Part shown: positions 1-20,400 of the stretch, piece by piece
How the letters are laid out: each line of letters begins with the position of its first letter
How positions within the stretch are numbered: position 1 is the first letter of the stretch
From: Trichoplax sp. H2
Lineage: Eukaryota
Assembly (NCBI GenBank): GCA_003344405.1
Contig: NOWV01000019.1
Coordinates: forward strand, 682,001-746,000
Length of the DNA: 64,000 bases
Direction: 5' to 3'
Position numbers and translations under genes: made by a program
Notes under the pieces: model-generated
The model's database searches: none
The model's input: only the letters and a program-made list of their open reading frames with translations
Told to the model about the DNA's origin: nothing

Positions 1-805
1 GTCATGTGCAAGTCAAAATAGCCAAATTGTCTTTCTGCAATTGGTGGTGATTGATGTCGACCGTAATTCATTTGCTACCGATGAAGATTAAAGGTATGTC
101 CGCTCTAACTGACACTGTCTAGCATTCATCAATATAATCTTAGGCAATTGAGTTCGACTTGTATCCAGTAGTCCAAGTTGATAATGATGTAGCGTAGCTT
201 CAAGGTAGTCCAATATTGCTCGATCGAGTTGGAGAAGCTGAGATACCTAGAAGCAGCTCCAGCTCAGGAGGTGCAAGCAAGCAGAGCTTGACCTATAGCT
301 GGACCTGCAGTGCAGTACGATTGTTGTTGAAATTATCAGTGGGTGCCAACTCGATTTCACTGCCTATTTCCATATGGATATCGTATGATCGATATCCTGT
401 TTCCGACGCACTCTGTTCAGGTAGAGGTGGATGATGTTTGCATCGGATACCTGGAGGCATGGACTACTCGAATAAGACCTGGAAAGATCACCCTTGGACG
501 GACAGACATTTTCAAAATATTGTGCCCAATTCTTGGTGATGACAGTGTTTTAGTATGCAGACGGTCGATTTTGAATTGACTAATTTTTTGTAAATTAAGT
601 AATATTACGTTGAGTCTTATAATCTATTACTAAGTTTGGCTAGGAAACAGTTATATAAGATCGTCGATGGTATTGAAATTAGTACTAGTGATGTCGAAAA
701 GAGGCAAGGAAGATCCATACAACGTCCTGTAAGTTGTCATTTTTCGATACTGACCGCCTCATTTCATTTGCTAAGAATAGTCCGTCTGTCTGAATGACTG
801 GACTG

Positions 806-880
806 GTGTACTGTACAGTGTACAGTACAGTACAGTGAGTGTATACTGTACTGTACAGTAAACAGTACTGTACAGTACTG
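806..880. repeat. Low-complexity cluster of self-complementary TGTACA/CAGTACTG motifs
   Basis: gtgtactgtacagtgtacagtacagtacagtgagtgtatactgtactgtacagtaaacagtactgtacagtactg; a smaller cluster lies at about 1135-1185. Confidence 0.8.
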
Positions 881-1461
881 CTCAAATGAGAAAGAAAGGA
901 AAGAGGGGACGTAAAAGCGATCGTTGACTATACAGTACTGTATACAATATTAATAAATAACAATCATTAATTTGGTCATTTCAAGTATATAGCATCTGGC
1001 ATACTCGGATTGACATCTAATATGCTGCTAAGTTGGTTTTGTGCAGTATGATATACGGTTTCATTGGCACCATATCGTAGAATGGGCGGAAAAATAATCC
1101 GACTCCACATTTTTTTGCACCGATAGCCGCTACTTACAGTACATGTTTGTACTGTACCTTACAGTGTACAGTGCACAGTACTGTAATCAGTCACGGACGA
1201 CTAGAAGAGAACCTTGCCGTGCCGGTCCCGGTACTCAGCTACGCAGTCACAGTGTCATCTTTGGTAGGCTTGAAAACTGAAATAAGGGTCTTTCTATCTA
1301 GCTCGTATTGAGTGGATGACTGTTCGCGTACTTGGATAGACTTGCTGGCTATTGATGAAGTAGCTCGACTGCTTGTATCCAGTCATATTGACACACTCCA
1401 TGTCCAGGAGTCCTGGAGTCTGTTTCTACAAAGGGCGGCAAACGAGGAAGGAGGGGACAGG

Positions 1462-1886
1462 GCGCTACTTTCGGTACAAAATAAAGTGGAGGCTGTTCCC
1501 GTCATTCTACTATATCGTGTCAATGAAAGGGTATAACTAGAACATACTGCACAAAACCAACTTAGCAGCAGTTTGCAGCTAATTTAGATACGATTAGTAG
1601 AGAGTATAGGAGCTACTTCACCTCGTAAAATGGTCTGAGTAGCGACTATAGTTGTCAAGGAAGGGACGCGCGATTCGCGCTACTTTCGGTACAAAATAAA
1701 GTAGAGGCTGTTCCCGTCATTCTACTATATCGTATCAATGAAAGGGTATAACTAGAACATACTGCACAAAACCAACTTAGCAGCAGTTTGCAGCTAATTT
1801 AGATACGATTAGTAGAGAGTATAGGAGCTATTTCACCTCGTAAAATGGTCTGAGTAGCGACTATAGTCGTCAAGGAAGGGACGCGC
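1462..1886. repeat. Near-perfect direct tandem duplication, 2 x 210 bp (1462-1671 and 1677-1886)
   Basis: Both copies run from GCGCTACTTTCGGTACAAAATAAAG to CAAGGAAGGGACGCGC; I saw 4 substitutions. Confidence 0.95.
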
Positions 1887-2337
1887 CTACACGTATTTCA
1901 TCACTTGAAGAACAAGTCGCAGACTGTAGAGATTGTATGGAATGCGCAGCCATGTTTGAGATGTCATGCTGATACAGTGTGATTGAACTCCAGCCTCGTC
2001 ATGCTGCTGGTAGCGATGGATGATAGTGTAGTATGGAATTTTCAGACTGTTTGAAACAGCCTACCCTAGTACTGGCCAGATCGGCTTGGATCGTGTCTGG
2101 ATTTCCGCAGTCCGTAGCTCGTCCCATTCTTATTACCCGCCCAGTTCTTAATAATCTTGCAGCAACTCGAGATCAAGCTCGACGACTGGGGGCGCTTCCT
2201 CCATTTTTCCGATCGTTACCACTAGAAATGCCTATAGGATTGGCTTATCCTCTAGAATCGACCGCTTAATTAGTCTGCAATTGTTCATTACGACTTGTTG
2301 ATTATTGGTGTCTTGATTATATGTGTTCATTTTGCTA

Positions 2338-9769
<7,432 letters not shown>

Positions 9770-10889
9770 AATCGTCAACATCAGCGTTATATCACCATTC
9801 TTCTCTTGTATTTGAAAAGTGCATGGAAGTTGTTAATTGTAAAGATATGTGGTTCGAGCATGATTTTATGTTACGTAGTGAATTATCGAAGTATTTAGTC
9901 TTGTAGCTTAGTCTACCAACATGTGTGTGATTGGCCATTCGACCATGATAGTTTTGGGTCGTTTGTTATTGTTCTTACAGGATTTTGCAGTTGCACCCAA
10001 TCGTGGATACCGACATAGTGTAATGTATCGCATTTATTGATTACCAGAAATAATTTGGCCATTAAAGTAATCGCTGATGAATGTTTAACATCGATAAACT
10101 ATTTCAATGGTCATGCTGGTGATATTGTTTTATGTACTATAAAACTAAGAATAAATTATTCGTTCCTTCAACATTTGTATCTTGTATTAATTCCATTTGG
10201 TGGAGCGCTTTTAGGTTGATTGATGCTATCCCGCTGCTAGTGATTTTTTTTAATTTAATTAGACCTGAAGCAGTCAGCGCCTGCTGTATGCATAACAAGT
10301 GTGTAAGCACCAAACAGGTGAGTAGCGAAATGTGGTCATACAGAACGGATAAATCAATCGCTATCTGACGATTTTTGAAATGTCGACAAGAAGGTTTTTA
10401 GACGTACTGTATATATACTGTAGTAGTTTGCGTTGATTAGCGAGGTTACCTACCTTTTCGATTTCAGTCGAATTTCTTAGCGAGAATAGAGTTTGGAAAG
10501 CATAATAGTTTCAGTAGGAATCTTATCACGTAGACATTGCGCTACTTATATATACACTTATAGCGAGAATATGTAGAAAAATGGAACGGATTATATATGT
10601 GGGAAGCATGACTAGCACTGTCCAAAAATTGAATATCAGTAGTCCGAATCGCAGTATATGCTTCCTAAACTGCGCTTTACTGATCCCTACATCTGATTGA
10701 GTAAAAAGATGATTAGTTTTAGGTCGTTAACAACAATAACGATGCAAAACTGATGATAGCAATATGTTTCCTAGAAAAACAACTTTAACGGATGTTATCA
10801 AAAGTAAGCGCTCACATTCTCTCCTGTTACAATAACCGAATCCATTTATGAAATTGAGCACTGTACTGTAGGTGGAAGCTAGAAACTTT

Positions 10890-11765
10890 TCTTGCGTATT
10901 GACTGCTTCAAATAGAGAAAGCAAGAGAGTGCACATATAGTACTGCATCATTCTACAGTATTGTACAAGTTTCAATTGAAGGCATTCTTAATGACCACTT
11001 TTATTTAACTTAAGGAATCATTGCATACTGTCTCTTTTTTGTCATGCAATCGTAAGTCTCGCTGTGCGACACTTCTTAAACTGGTATGACTGATTGAAGA
11101 GAAAGTGTTTCTGTAGTACTATACAAGTTTCAACTGAAGGCATTATTTATGATCATTTTATGCTATCAATCAATATATCTCGTCCCTTTTGGTTATCCAG
11201 TCGTAAAATCGCGGTGAGATACTTCTTTTCTTGGCAACACTGCTTCAAGAGAGAATGCACCTACAGTACTGTACTGTCCCAGTAATAAGCAGTCAAGATT
11301 GGAAACTTTTTCCAATTTGATATTCAAGACATACCCTCGTATTTGAGTGACCATTGGTGTAAAGAATCAATGCATACTGCCTTTCTTTTGCTAGTCTCAA
11401 TGAGACATTTTCTTTCCTAAGATATGAAATTTTTTCATAATCTTCATTTAAGGCTAGTACGCGTACTTGAATGACCTTTTTATGCAAGAATCAAATGCAT
11501 ACTGCGTTCTTTTGTAATCCAGTCATACAGTCTAATAAGTGAGACACTTCCTTTTGTGGCAGGACTGCTTAGAGAGAGAGAGAGAGAGCGTCTACAGTAC
11601 CTATCAGTAAGTAGTCAAGAATTGTACAAGCATATTTAAATGACCATTTCATGTTTAGAATGAAATCATGCTATCTATCTCCTTTTGTAGTTTAGTCACA
11701 GAGTATCCGTGAGACACTTCCTTTGGTAGCAGAACTGCTTCTCTCTCTCAAGAGTGTGTCTACAA
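10890..11765. repeat. Degenerate tandem array, about 5 copies of a 150-190 bp unit, including an (AG)9 tract at 11571-11588
   Basis: Recurring blocks in the same order: TGACCA..., AATCA(A)TGCATACTG, GTGAGACACTTC, ACTGCTT...GAGAG...TACAGTAC. Confidence 0.75.
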
Positions 11766-12359
11766 TATGCAACGCAATGCAATTGCGTCGGCAATGGTAG
11801 CCATGGATTCTTCCACGTTGACCTATTTGAAGTGGTAAGCAGCTTGAACTAGTGGAGTAATTTATACACTGCTATCATCATCATCTTGCGTAACAGATCA
11901 ATTCCAGCTACAAGAAATCGAGTTAATAAATAAGTTGTGCGAACACTTGAACGGCAGTGTTTACAGTAGAAACATTACTGTACGTCGGAGTGTGACAATC
12001 AGTTCAGATTGCTTTCTGCTTGCAGTTACCATATCCAGTCAACTTTTGCACAGTTCCTATGTTGAGGCGAGCTAGGTGTTACCTTGAACAAGGGATTTTA
12101 TTCTAATCAATTATTTATCTACCCACCAAAACAACAGCAACAGCAACTGTACTAACAATGCTAACAGTAAACCGAAAGAGAGGCGAATAGGCAGCAGTCG
12201 TTCAAGCATTTAATAAGGATACGAGCTAACGATTTGCTGGTTATCTCAACTAAAGTGTGTATCTAAAATGATACCCTCAATGTGTCCACGATAGGCAGGC
12301 CAACGATGAGCTGCTTACTTGCTTCATTACTGAATTAATTGATGGCTGATGAAACTTTA

Positions 12360-12610
12360 TTATACTGTATATAAATTAAGTCTATATCATGTAACAAAAT
12401 ATATTATATTATATGTATTATATTATATATAGATTAAATCTGTATCATGTAACAAAATATATTATATTATATTATATATAGATTAAATCTATATAATGTA
12501 ACAAAAAATATATTAGATTATATATATTATATATTATACAGTATATAAATTAAATCTAATCTATATAATGTTGCAAAATATATTAGATTATACTGTACAG
12601 TATACAGTAT
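12360..12610. repeat. AT-rich minisatellite, about 4 copies of 50-65 bp
   Basis: Repeated ATTAAATCTATAT(C/A)ATGTAACAAAATATATTA. Confidence 0.85.
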
Positions 12611-12757
12611 TATAAACTGTACAGTACATGATATTATTAGTTGAAACGGTTGCGTTTCGTATCCACTGTAGAAGTCCATAACATAGGCAAGCATAAATAG
12701 TGTCACCCTAAGAGATAAGAATAACTGGCCAAGGAGGACAGATATTTTCAGCGGTAG

Positions 12758-12950
12758 TTACTGTACTGTACTGTACAGATGTGGTTTTTGCTCACTGCAC
12801 ACGTACAGTACTTTACACTGTTGACTGTTGGGTACTATACTGTACAGTACACTGTACAGTGTACTGTCCAATACTGTACGTCCATTACAGTACCTGTCAT
12901 GCCCTTTACAGTACTGAGTACTGTGAGTTACGGTACTGAGTACTGTACGG
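12758..12950. repeat. Second cluster of TACTGTACAG-type self-complementary motifs, upstream of CACYBP
   Basis: ttactgtactgtactgtacag...tactgtacagtacactgtacagtgtactg...cagtactgagtactgtgagttacggtactgagtactgtac. Confidence 0.8.
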
Positions 12951-13541
12951 TCGGAGGCTGCATCATGGCCTGGAAAACATGCTGGAAAAACGGAGACATT
13001 CTAATGGAATGCATGAATAACGAAGAGTCGATGCCTTTTCCCATAGAATCTTGACATTCTCAGAGATTCCTATCGGGACTCTCCTACATTACTCTATTTA
13101 TCATCGAGTCAACTTTATGACAGTCTTGGTCAGCCAATAGTCAACAATGCACAAGTTTGATCCACAAAGTCCAAATCTCAGAAATTTCTAGAATGAATCG
13201 AATGATTGCAGTCCAAACGTACCGCAACAGGAACTCGTACTAGGCAAACTACCGGTCGTCTACCTCAATGGACAGTATAATACCTCGGGGTATTGATCCA
13301 GTCTGTACCGTAATGTCCGTCAGTCCAATACAATTCCAGTCGGTACGAGCAAACTTGTTAAAAGACAAGTCGCAGTCGGTCCAAGCCAATTTTGCCAGTC
13401 ATCTCGCTCGAGCTAGTGAGGGAAAGAGCTGCAAGCGTAGTTGTAATTTTTTGCTTCCTTGGTCAAGCATTTCACTCCAGTGATTTGTCCAACCTTGAAA
13501 TTTGTGACCTATTCCAACCACTTAGTGTCAAATTGTTAGCA

Positions 13542-15238
13542 ATGGAGGTAATGTGCAACTTGTATACAGTAGTAGTACACTTGTTATTGGTGGGCTATTT
13601 GGCAACCTCATATACAGCTCTCGGTGGTCTATTCGAGATTGAATCGTCTCGATTGATTGGACAACCTGGTTGCAATTCATTTTTCAGGGCCAGGATAGGA
13701 TTCGTCATCGAGTAGTGGAGCATAGCATTTTGTAGTCCACTGTATACTGAGGCAAACTGCTTTCTTATAGTCCACTGCTGTACAAAATAAGAGTGTAGAC
13801 AATCTATAGTTAGTAGCCATTACCAATGGATCGTACTCGTAGTATGAAACTTTGATGCGATTCTTGTCGTCATCAATCGGTAATGCATTACTTTACTACA
13901 AAGCACCTTGATACATAATGGACGAGTGCCATCGTCGATGGACGAGACGGGACTTGGAATAGACGATCAGCCTAACTGAGGCTAACTCTTGGATCTTTTC
14001 TTTTACTAGGAAGAGATTATCAATGATCTTAAAGAACTCATCCAGTCTGCCAAGACCCAGCATGTCAAGCAACTTTTAACAGGCGAATTAGCAAAAGTAG
14101 AAAATAGGAAAGCGACTACAGCTCGAAAAAATGAAACTGCTGTCAACAAAACCAGTATAAAAGCGGCTGCAAGTGTAAAGAATATTGATCGATACGGTAA
14201 AAATGACAACTCCATTTGCAACCCATGATTATGTATTGTAGACTAGCTTTCAACATGAGTGAATACACTTAAATGATTTGAACCTAAAGTAATCGTGGTA
14301 GGTAACACATTATACGTATACTCTTCTTTGGCTTACACAGGATGGGATCAGTCCGATAAATTTGTTAAATTATACATCTCTCTCAGTGGAATCAATGCTT
14401 TGCCAAAAGAGCAAATTAATGTCACTTTCACCTCCAGGTCAGTAATTGCATTAATAAAATACAACCTGCTCTTGTGGATATTCGCCTGAAGGTGTTGGAC
14501 GTTTAATATCAATGGATGAAAATGACTTACTTTTTATCTCAATCCTATTTCTTGATGGTTATTTAGCTCTATTAGTCTTTCTGTCGTCAATTTCAATAAC
14601 AAGAACTATGCCTTAAATATAAAGGGACTCTTTGCTAAGATCGTTCCAGAATCGAGCACATTCAAGGTGAATTTATATGCTGTACTACCATACGCGTATC
14701 GATAATTAAAATGTAGACCATAATGAAAGGAATAAAGTTACTGCCATTACAATAAAACCATTGCCAGGTTCTGTCATGATGCTCTAAATGAACCACAGTT
14801 ATTTTATTATCAAGTGGACAATAACATGATCTAGTCGTATTATCGGGTGGTTCATTTTAATCTTGATTCAATTACCTACACTATTATCGCCTGCTATTAG
14901 GTGAAAACAGATGATATCGTCGTGAGTATGAAGAAAGAGAAAACAAGTGAACGCTGGTCTCATTTAACAAAGTCGGAGGTCAAAGAGACAGTGTAAGTCA
15001 CTGAACGTCATGCTGTTGATCCGCTTTATCGGTACATGTCGCTAACTCATTCATATTAACTATTCATAAAACTTACAATGTTATTAGTAAGCCAGAACTA
15101 AATTCAAATGAAGATCCTTCTAAAGGTATTATGGATATGATGAAGAAAATGTATGATGAAGGCGATGATGAAATGAAGCGAACCATTGCTAAAGCGTGGA
15201 CCGAATCGCGAGATAAAAGCATGCAAGGACTAGCATAG
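13542..15238 (+). CDS. CACYBP: Calcyclin-binding protein / Siah-interacting protein (CS and SGS domains), 6 exons
   Basis: Exons 13542-13547 (ME, the least certain), 14010-14196, 14341-14437, 14567-14667, 14901-14992 and 15088-15238 join in frame. They contain YGWDQSDKFVKLYISL (CS domain start) and EDPSKGIMDMMKKMYDEGDDEMKRTIAKAWTESR (SGS domain), both diagnostic of CacyBP/SIP. Confidence 0.95.
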
Positions 15239-17479
15239 AATCAATTCAACTGGCTATTTTATGCAACTACGGCATTGCTGGAAATAAAATAGGATTCTCC
15301 ATTTAGATGTATCTGTCAAATACGCATTATCTTATGGCATTAGTGATAGTGTTGTTCGCATTCACTGTTTATTATCGTACTGTTTTCGCACTTTTTTCAA
15401 ATTATACTTCCATGACTGTAGCCTACCATTCCCATACTGTGATACCATAAGTCATTTCGTAAGTATGATTACTGCCGTTAGCGGCCAAATTGTATTCTTG
15501 CAGTAGTTCGTATTGAAGCTTTTAATAAATTTCATGTAAATTTGTAAGAGTACCTCGTACTAAGAATTGTGTGATTATGTAAGTAATCGTTTTCATTAAA
15601 ATTAACCAAGTTCTTAAGATATGGTATTTGAAATAGATTAGGGCATTCTTTTGCTGTATATGTTATACTCAGGTAGCTAGCACATGCATAGATTAAAATG
15701 ATTACAAATACTGAAAACCACCTATCCTAATCTACAGTAAAAGCATTAGTAGGTATTACAATCGTCTTACATGATGATGATTTATTTGCTCATATTGATT
15801 TTATGTCGTTTAAGTTCATACTCGTATATATATACTGCGGGCAGTATTGCATATATACATATTCCATATACGCGTATATATACACATACAGTACATACAT
15901 ATACTCATAGAATATAGATGTCCCATTGGAAAAACATAAATAGACCTCAGTTTAAAAATTTTACAAAAAAAGTGCAATGTTTATCATTTGCAACTTATGC
16001 AAACGACTATTAGGGTAAATACCATTCAGCCAAGTAATTGACAGCATTATCGCAATATAAAGCTATTCCTTCGAGAAAAATGGTTACCGAGAGTGACATT
16101 TTTGTAAGGTACGGTACATAAAGTGAATTTCATATTTAGAGCAGATACGTACTATTGCTATTTCAAGGGTCAGTAACGTTACCACAGTAATGATAACCAC
16201 CGTTGTAATTAAGGAAAATTTGAAAAAAAAACATCAACTAAAGCGCAATCTAAAAGGCAATATTCAAACTACAATACTAGAAATATAACTTTAAAATACA
16301 ATTACCGCAAATAAATCAAAGATCATAAATTTCATAGCTGCTAATGTTTACTCATTTTATCACTTCTTATTAGCTAACTTTTGAAAAAATGATCAATTTT
16401 GTCAATTTTCTTTGCTACAATTAGATACCTATAAGCCTTTAGACGGCGCATTGCGTACCTACAATGATCTGAGATATTTGATAGTACACCGTAAACAGAT
16501 ATCGAGGACATTCCGTAGTAATTTATGACTGCAACAAAACAGAAATTCGACAAACTCGTATTTGAAATAGTACGTTACTGCTCCATTGAGATTGAGATAC
16601 AAGTTATAACAAGTATGGAAACAAAAACAAAAAAATAATAATAATAATTGTTGCAATTCTAAACAATCATGACGGCAAAGAATAGTCACAAATGCCCACT
16701 ACTCTAAATGCATTTAGACAGATGCAAGCCAAGATCGCCTATTGAGTGGAATATTACACTATACAGTATCTGAATTAAAGCCGATACAGTGATACTTTTG
16801 TAAATACCTTGAATTGGCTAGCCATTCTCCAAATGATTAGCAATAAATTATTTAAGAATCTGCACTATGGCAATTTTTAAATCAAAATACGATCGTACTT
16901 GAAACGATTCTAAACGCACTCAACCATAGTTTATGTTCAAAAATACAATAGCGAAAATTTGCAAACGTAAACTGGTTGTTCATGTTGTTGTATTGTTGTA
17001 TATATATAGCACTACTGACTAACAATTCAAAGTTATAACTGCAACATGTTGCACGAAAAATCTATTCTGCAATACCGCTTTAGCTATTATTTAGGTTAAC
17101 ATTACATCCTCAATCCCATGAGGGAAACTCAATTGATAATAAATATTACAAAATATACAAAGTTATTGTACCACATTTAAAATAAATAAATCAACACTTT
17201 CTTTTAAATCCAGTATTGAAATTGACTTAAGAAACATCCGATGCAAGTTAATTTTTTATCATTACAATGTTATTAGACAGTAGACACTGTATTTCAAAAT
17301 AAATCCCAAACAAGATGCTGAAATTGTATTCCATGGATACTATGAGTTGCACAGGACAGTAAAGAAGATGAAACAATATCTAGTAGCTTCAATGTCGAAA
17401 GGAAATATCGACATTTCGATTTAGAACCATACAAAGCCTTTCTGTCGTTGAATCGCTGTGATAAATGCAAAAAAATCAG

Positions 17480-20400
17480 CTATACACTTGGTACATGTTG
17501 ATGTTGCTGATATTTTGCATGCATGGCATTAGAAGTTTCATCAGGTGCCATATATGAAAGATCATTATAATTACTCCATGAACCTTGTGAATAGGTCATC
17601 AAGTTGGATTGCATCGATTCACCAGAAGTGGATAAAGGACACTCAGAATCAGTAGCGCCTTGAACACTGCCCAACGGCTGTATGCTCTGGCCATATGAAA
17701 TCGGGCTCTATAAAGAGACAAAGTTGAAAAAAGATTTAAAGTCCATCTTGCTATTGCTAGATATCTATATTGCAAATAGAGCCTCTTGAATTATTCCAAT
17801 GGTTCAGATACACCAGCAATCTATTCATATAATTCCAATACATAGAATATATCAAGAATTAACTCTATTAGGTATTTAACAAATAGAAGGCGATATCATG
17901 GAGGAAACGTTATCACATCAAAAGACATTTCTTGAAGTTAGCTGAAGTCAGAGTAACAACTATATAGCTGTAAAGTTAAAACGATTTTACATTTACTAAT
18001 GAATACTTTTGCAAGGTGATTAGTTATTAAGGTATAGTACAGTAACTGTTCAGAATGATTTTATAGCTATAACTAACTACTCTTAGTTTTTCAGCCCTTT
18101 TCCTCTCAGCAATCGAATACCTAGACTATTGTGATAATGTATCAATAATTACAAAATATAAATTTAGCGATAATTCTACTGGAATAGGTAGATATTCACT
18201 ATCCACGAAATTATATAACGGATTTAATCGAAATAGAATCGATTAACGTATATTTGCTATATTAGCTATTTTGATAGCAGCAATACGGTCCGCTATACAG
18301 CAATAATATACTGAGTGCTGTACTGTAGGCACAGTATTAACTGCACAGTTTGCAAATACTTTTGGTTCGCTGATGAGAGATATAGTGAGCATAAATGCAC
18401 AATAAGAAATACTTATGGTATTTTACTTATGATATCGAAAACAAAGCAGGTATTTTAATGAAATGTCACAATATATACCACTAGAATCTATTATAATTAT
18501 TAATTCCCTGTCTTCTATTATGAGCCATGAATGTCATGATCATTATGATAAAATTATCTATCAGCAGATACTGACGGTATATTGCAGGATTATTCTTACT
18601 ACCTCTTCCTCTAGAGCTTGCTCTCCAGCTGCTTTTATTTTCTTATCTTTACATCTTTTATTTTGAAACCAAACGCGTATAACTCTAGGATTTAGTCCTG
18701 TTAATTCTACCAATTTTTCTTTTACTGTTGAATCGGGCCTTGGATTACTCGCATAATACGATCTAAGCGTCTGCAATTGCTTCTCATTGAGTACCGTTCG
18801 AATTCTTGTTCCTTTCATACCTTTCCGTGAAGTCAATTGTTTCGATTTGGCATGCGTTGACTGAGACTTGGTATCAGTATCTGAATATTGAAAGTACATA
18901 AGGGAATGGTTATTACAATTTGTTTATTGTGATATTTTATAGGGCAAAAAGGAAGTAATGGAATATATGATTGGTCTTCTTTGTCTTAAGCTAAGAAAAT
19001 TATTATATCATTTATATTTACTTTTATCTAGGAATGTGCTCGACTAAATTATAGATGATATGGCACAATATGATATTACTTAGTATTATAGCTTCAGTTT
19101 CTGTTTTAATACACGACAACTACTATATCAAGATTTAAAATCACTTGATGGCAGTATGGGCGTACGCTAAAATATTGCATTACAAGGCCGAGTCGATAAC
19201 GATTGGGTAGCCGACAGATATGTGTAAAGAACTCGACCCTAACGTAGGTTACTCTAATAATTAGGTGCTTAAAACTTATTTTATGTACGAGTAAGAAAAT
19301 AGTATTGCCCAATATTTTGATTCTTCCGTATTAATAATTATCAGCAGTGGTTATAGATAATTGTCACCGTCTGCTTAAAGAGTAATCAAAGAGCTACCTC
19401 TATTCTTCTAGTGTTTGATTTTAAATAGATCTTATCGTTGCTTATAAGAAATTGAAGATGTCAAATTACTAGTCAAATTGAATGAATTAATTATTTTAGG
19501 CTTAGATCGTTTGAAAAAGGTGATAACTGCCAGTACACGCGTCTTTGATAATAATTATTAGTATTTTTGATTGAGATAAACAGTATTAGCGAGTAATCAT
19601 GTTGCGAAAGTTACACTATCGCAGTACGTACTTATAAATGTTGGGAAAATTAGAGCAATACCATTAATTTGTATTATGCCCTACCACTGCCGAGCACTAT
19701 GATGTACCAAAAAGTAAGTTACTTAATGAAAGAGAGCCTGAGATCTATATTACGCATACTTTATCGCTTACGAGTTATGATTGAAAATAATGTTCAAATT
19801 ATTCTCAAAATCGATTAGAAACCAACATTCTACAAAGACAAGAAATCAAGAAGGATCAACCTACTAGCTATTCCCCAAGTTTATTATACGCGTAAAGCAA
19901 TATACGGATACTACCGAGACAATACAAGAACAACGTACTAACTGTTCCTCCAATTTCATTAGAAATCAACATACTGCCAAGGCTTTCTTAAAGAAGAATA
20001 ATGTAATCTACTAACTCATTCTCAAGGCTGATGCAAATCCGTATACTACAGAAACTCGACAAAAGAATTCCAGTTATTATGTGTATACTAGCTAAAGCAA
20101 GATACATTAAGAATAATCTACCAACTCAAGTCCGCCACAAATCCATAAGTTGTCAAAGATAAATTAAGAAATAATCCACCTACTATTTCTCTAACGTTCC
20201 GTTATAAATCCATATAATAAGACGGCTGAAATAAACAAAAATAATCGGTCCGCTCATACTCAAGTTCGATGCAAATCAATATATTACCAAGACTAAGAAA
20301 AATCGAACAACTACCCCTCTAATTTGTTACAAATCAACACACCGCCAAGAATGGATAAAAGAAGAAGAATGTACTCACTGTTCCTTAACTCCGTTACAAA

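Noticed and set aside
1-580. Relatively GC-rich stretch with short ORFs on both strands and several donor-like sites
   Set aside because: No recognisable protein and no consistent exon chain. It may be a UTR or the edge of a gene outside the window, but I cannot support a call.
691-734. ATG-initiated MSKRGKEDPYNVL followed by GTAAGT, reminiscent of a DnaJ first exon (DPYxVL)
   Set aside because: No downstream in-frame exon with J-domain features (HPD) was found before SMC5; probably chance.
12779-13054. ORFs 685-885 and 12779-13054, rich in T, V, Q, Y and C
   Set aside because: They are translations of the TACTGTACAG low-complexity repeats.
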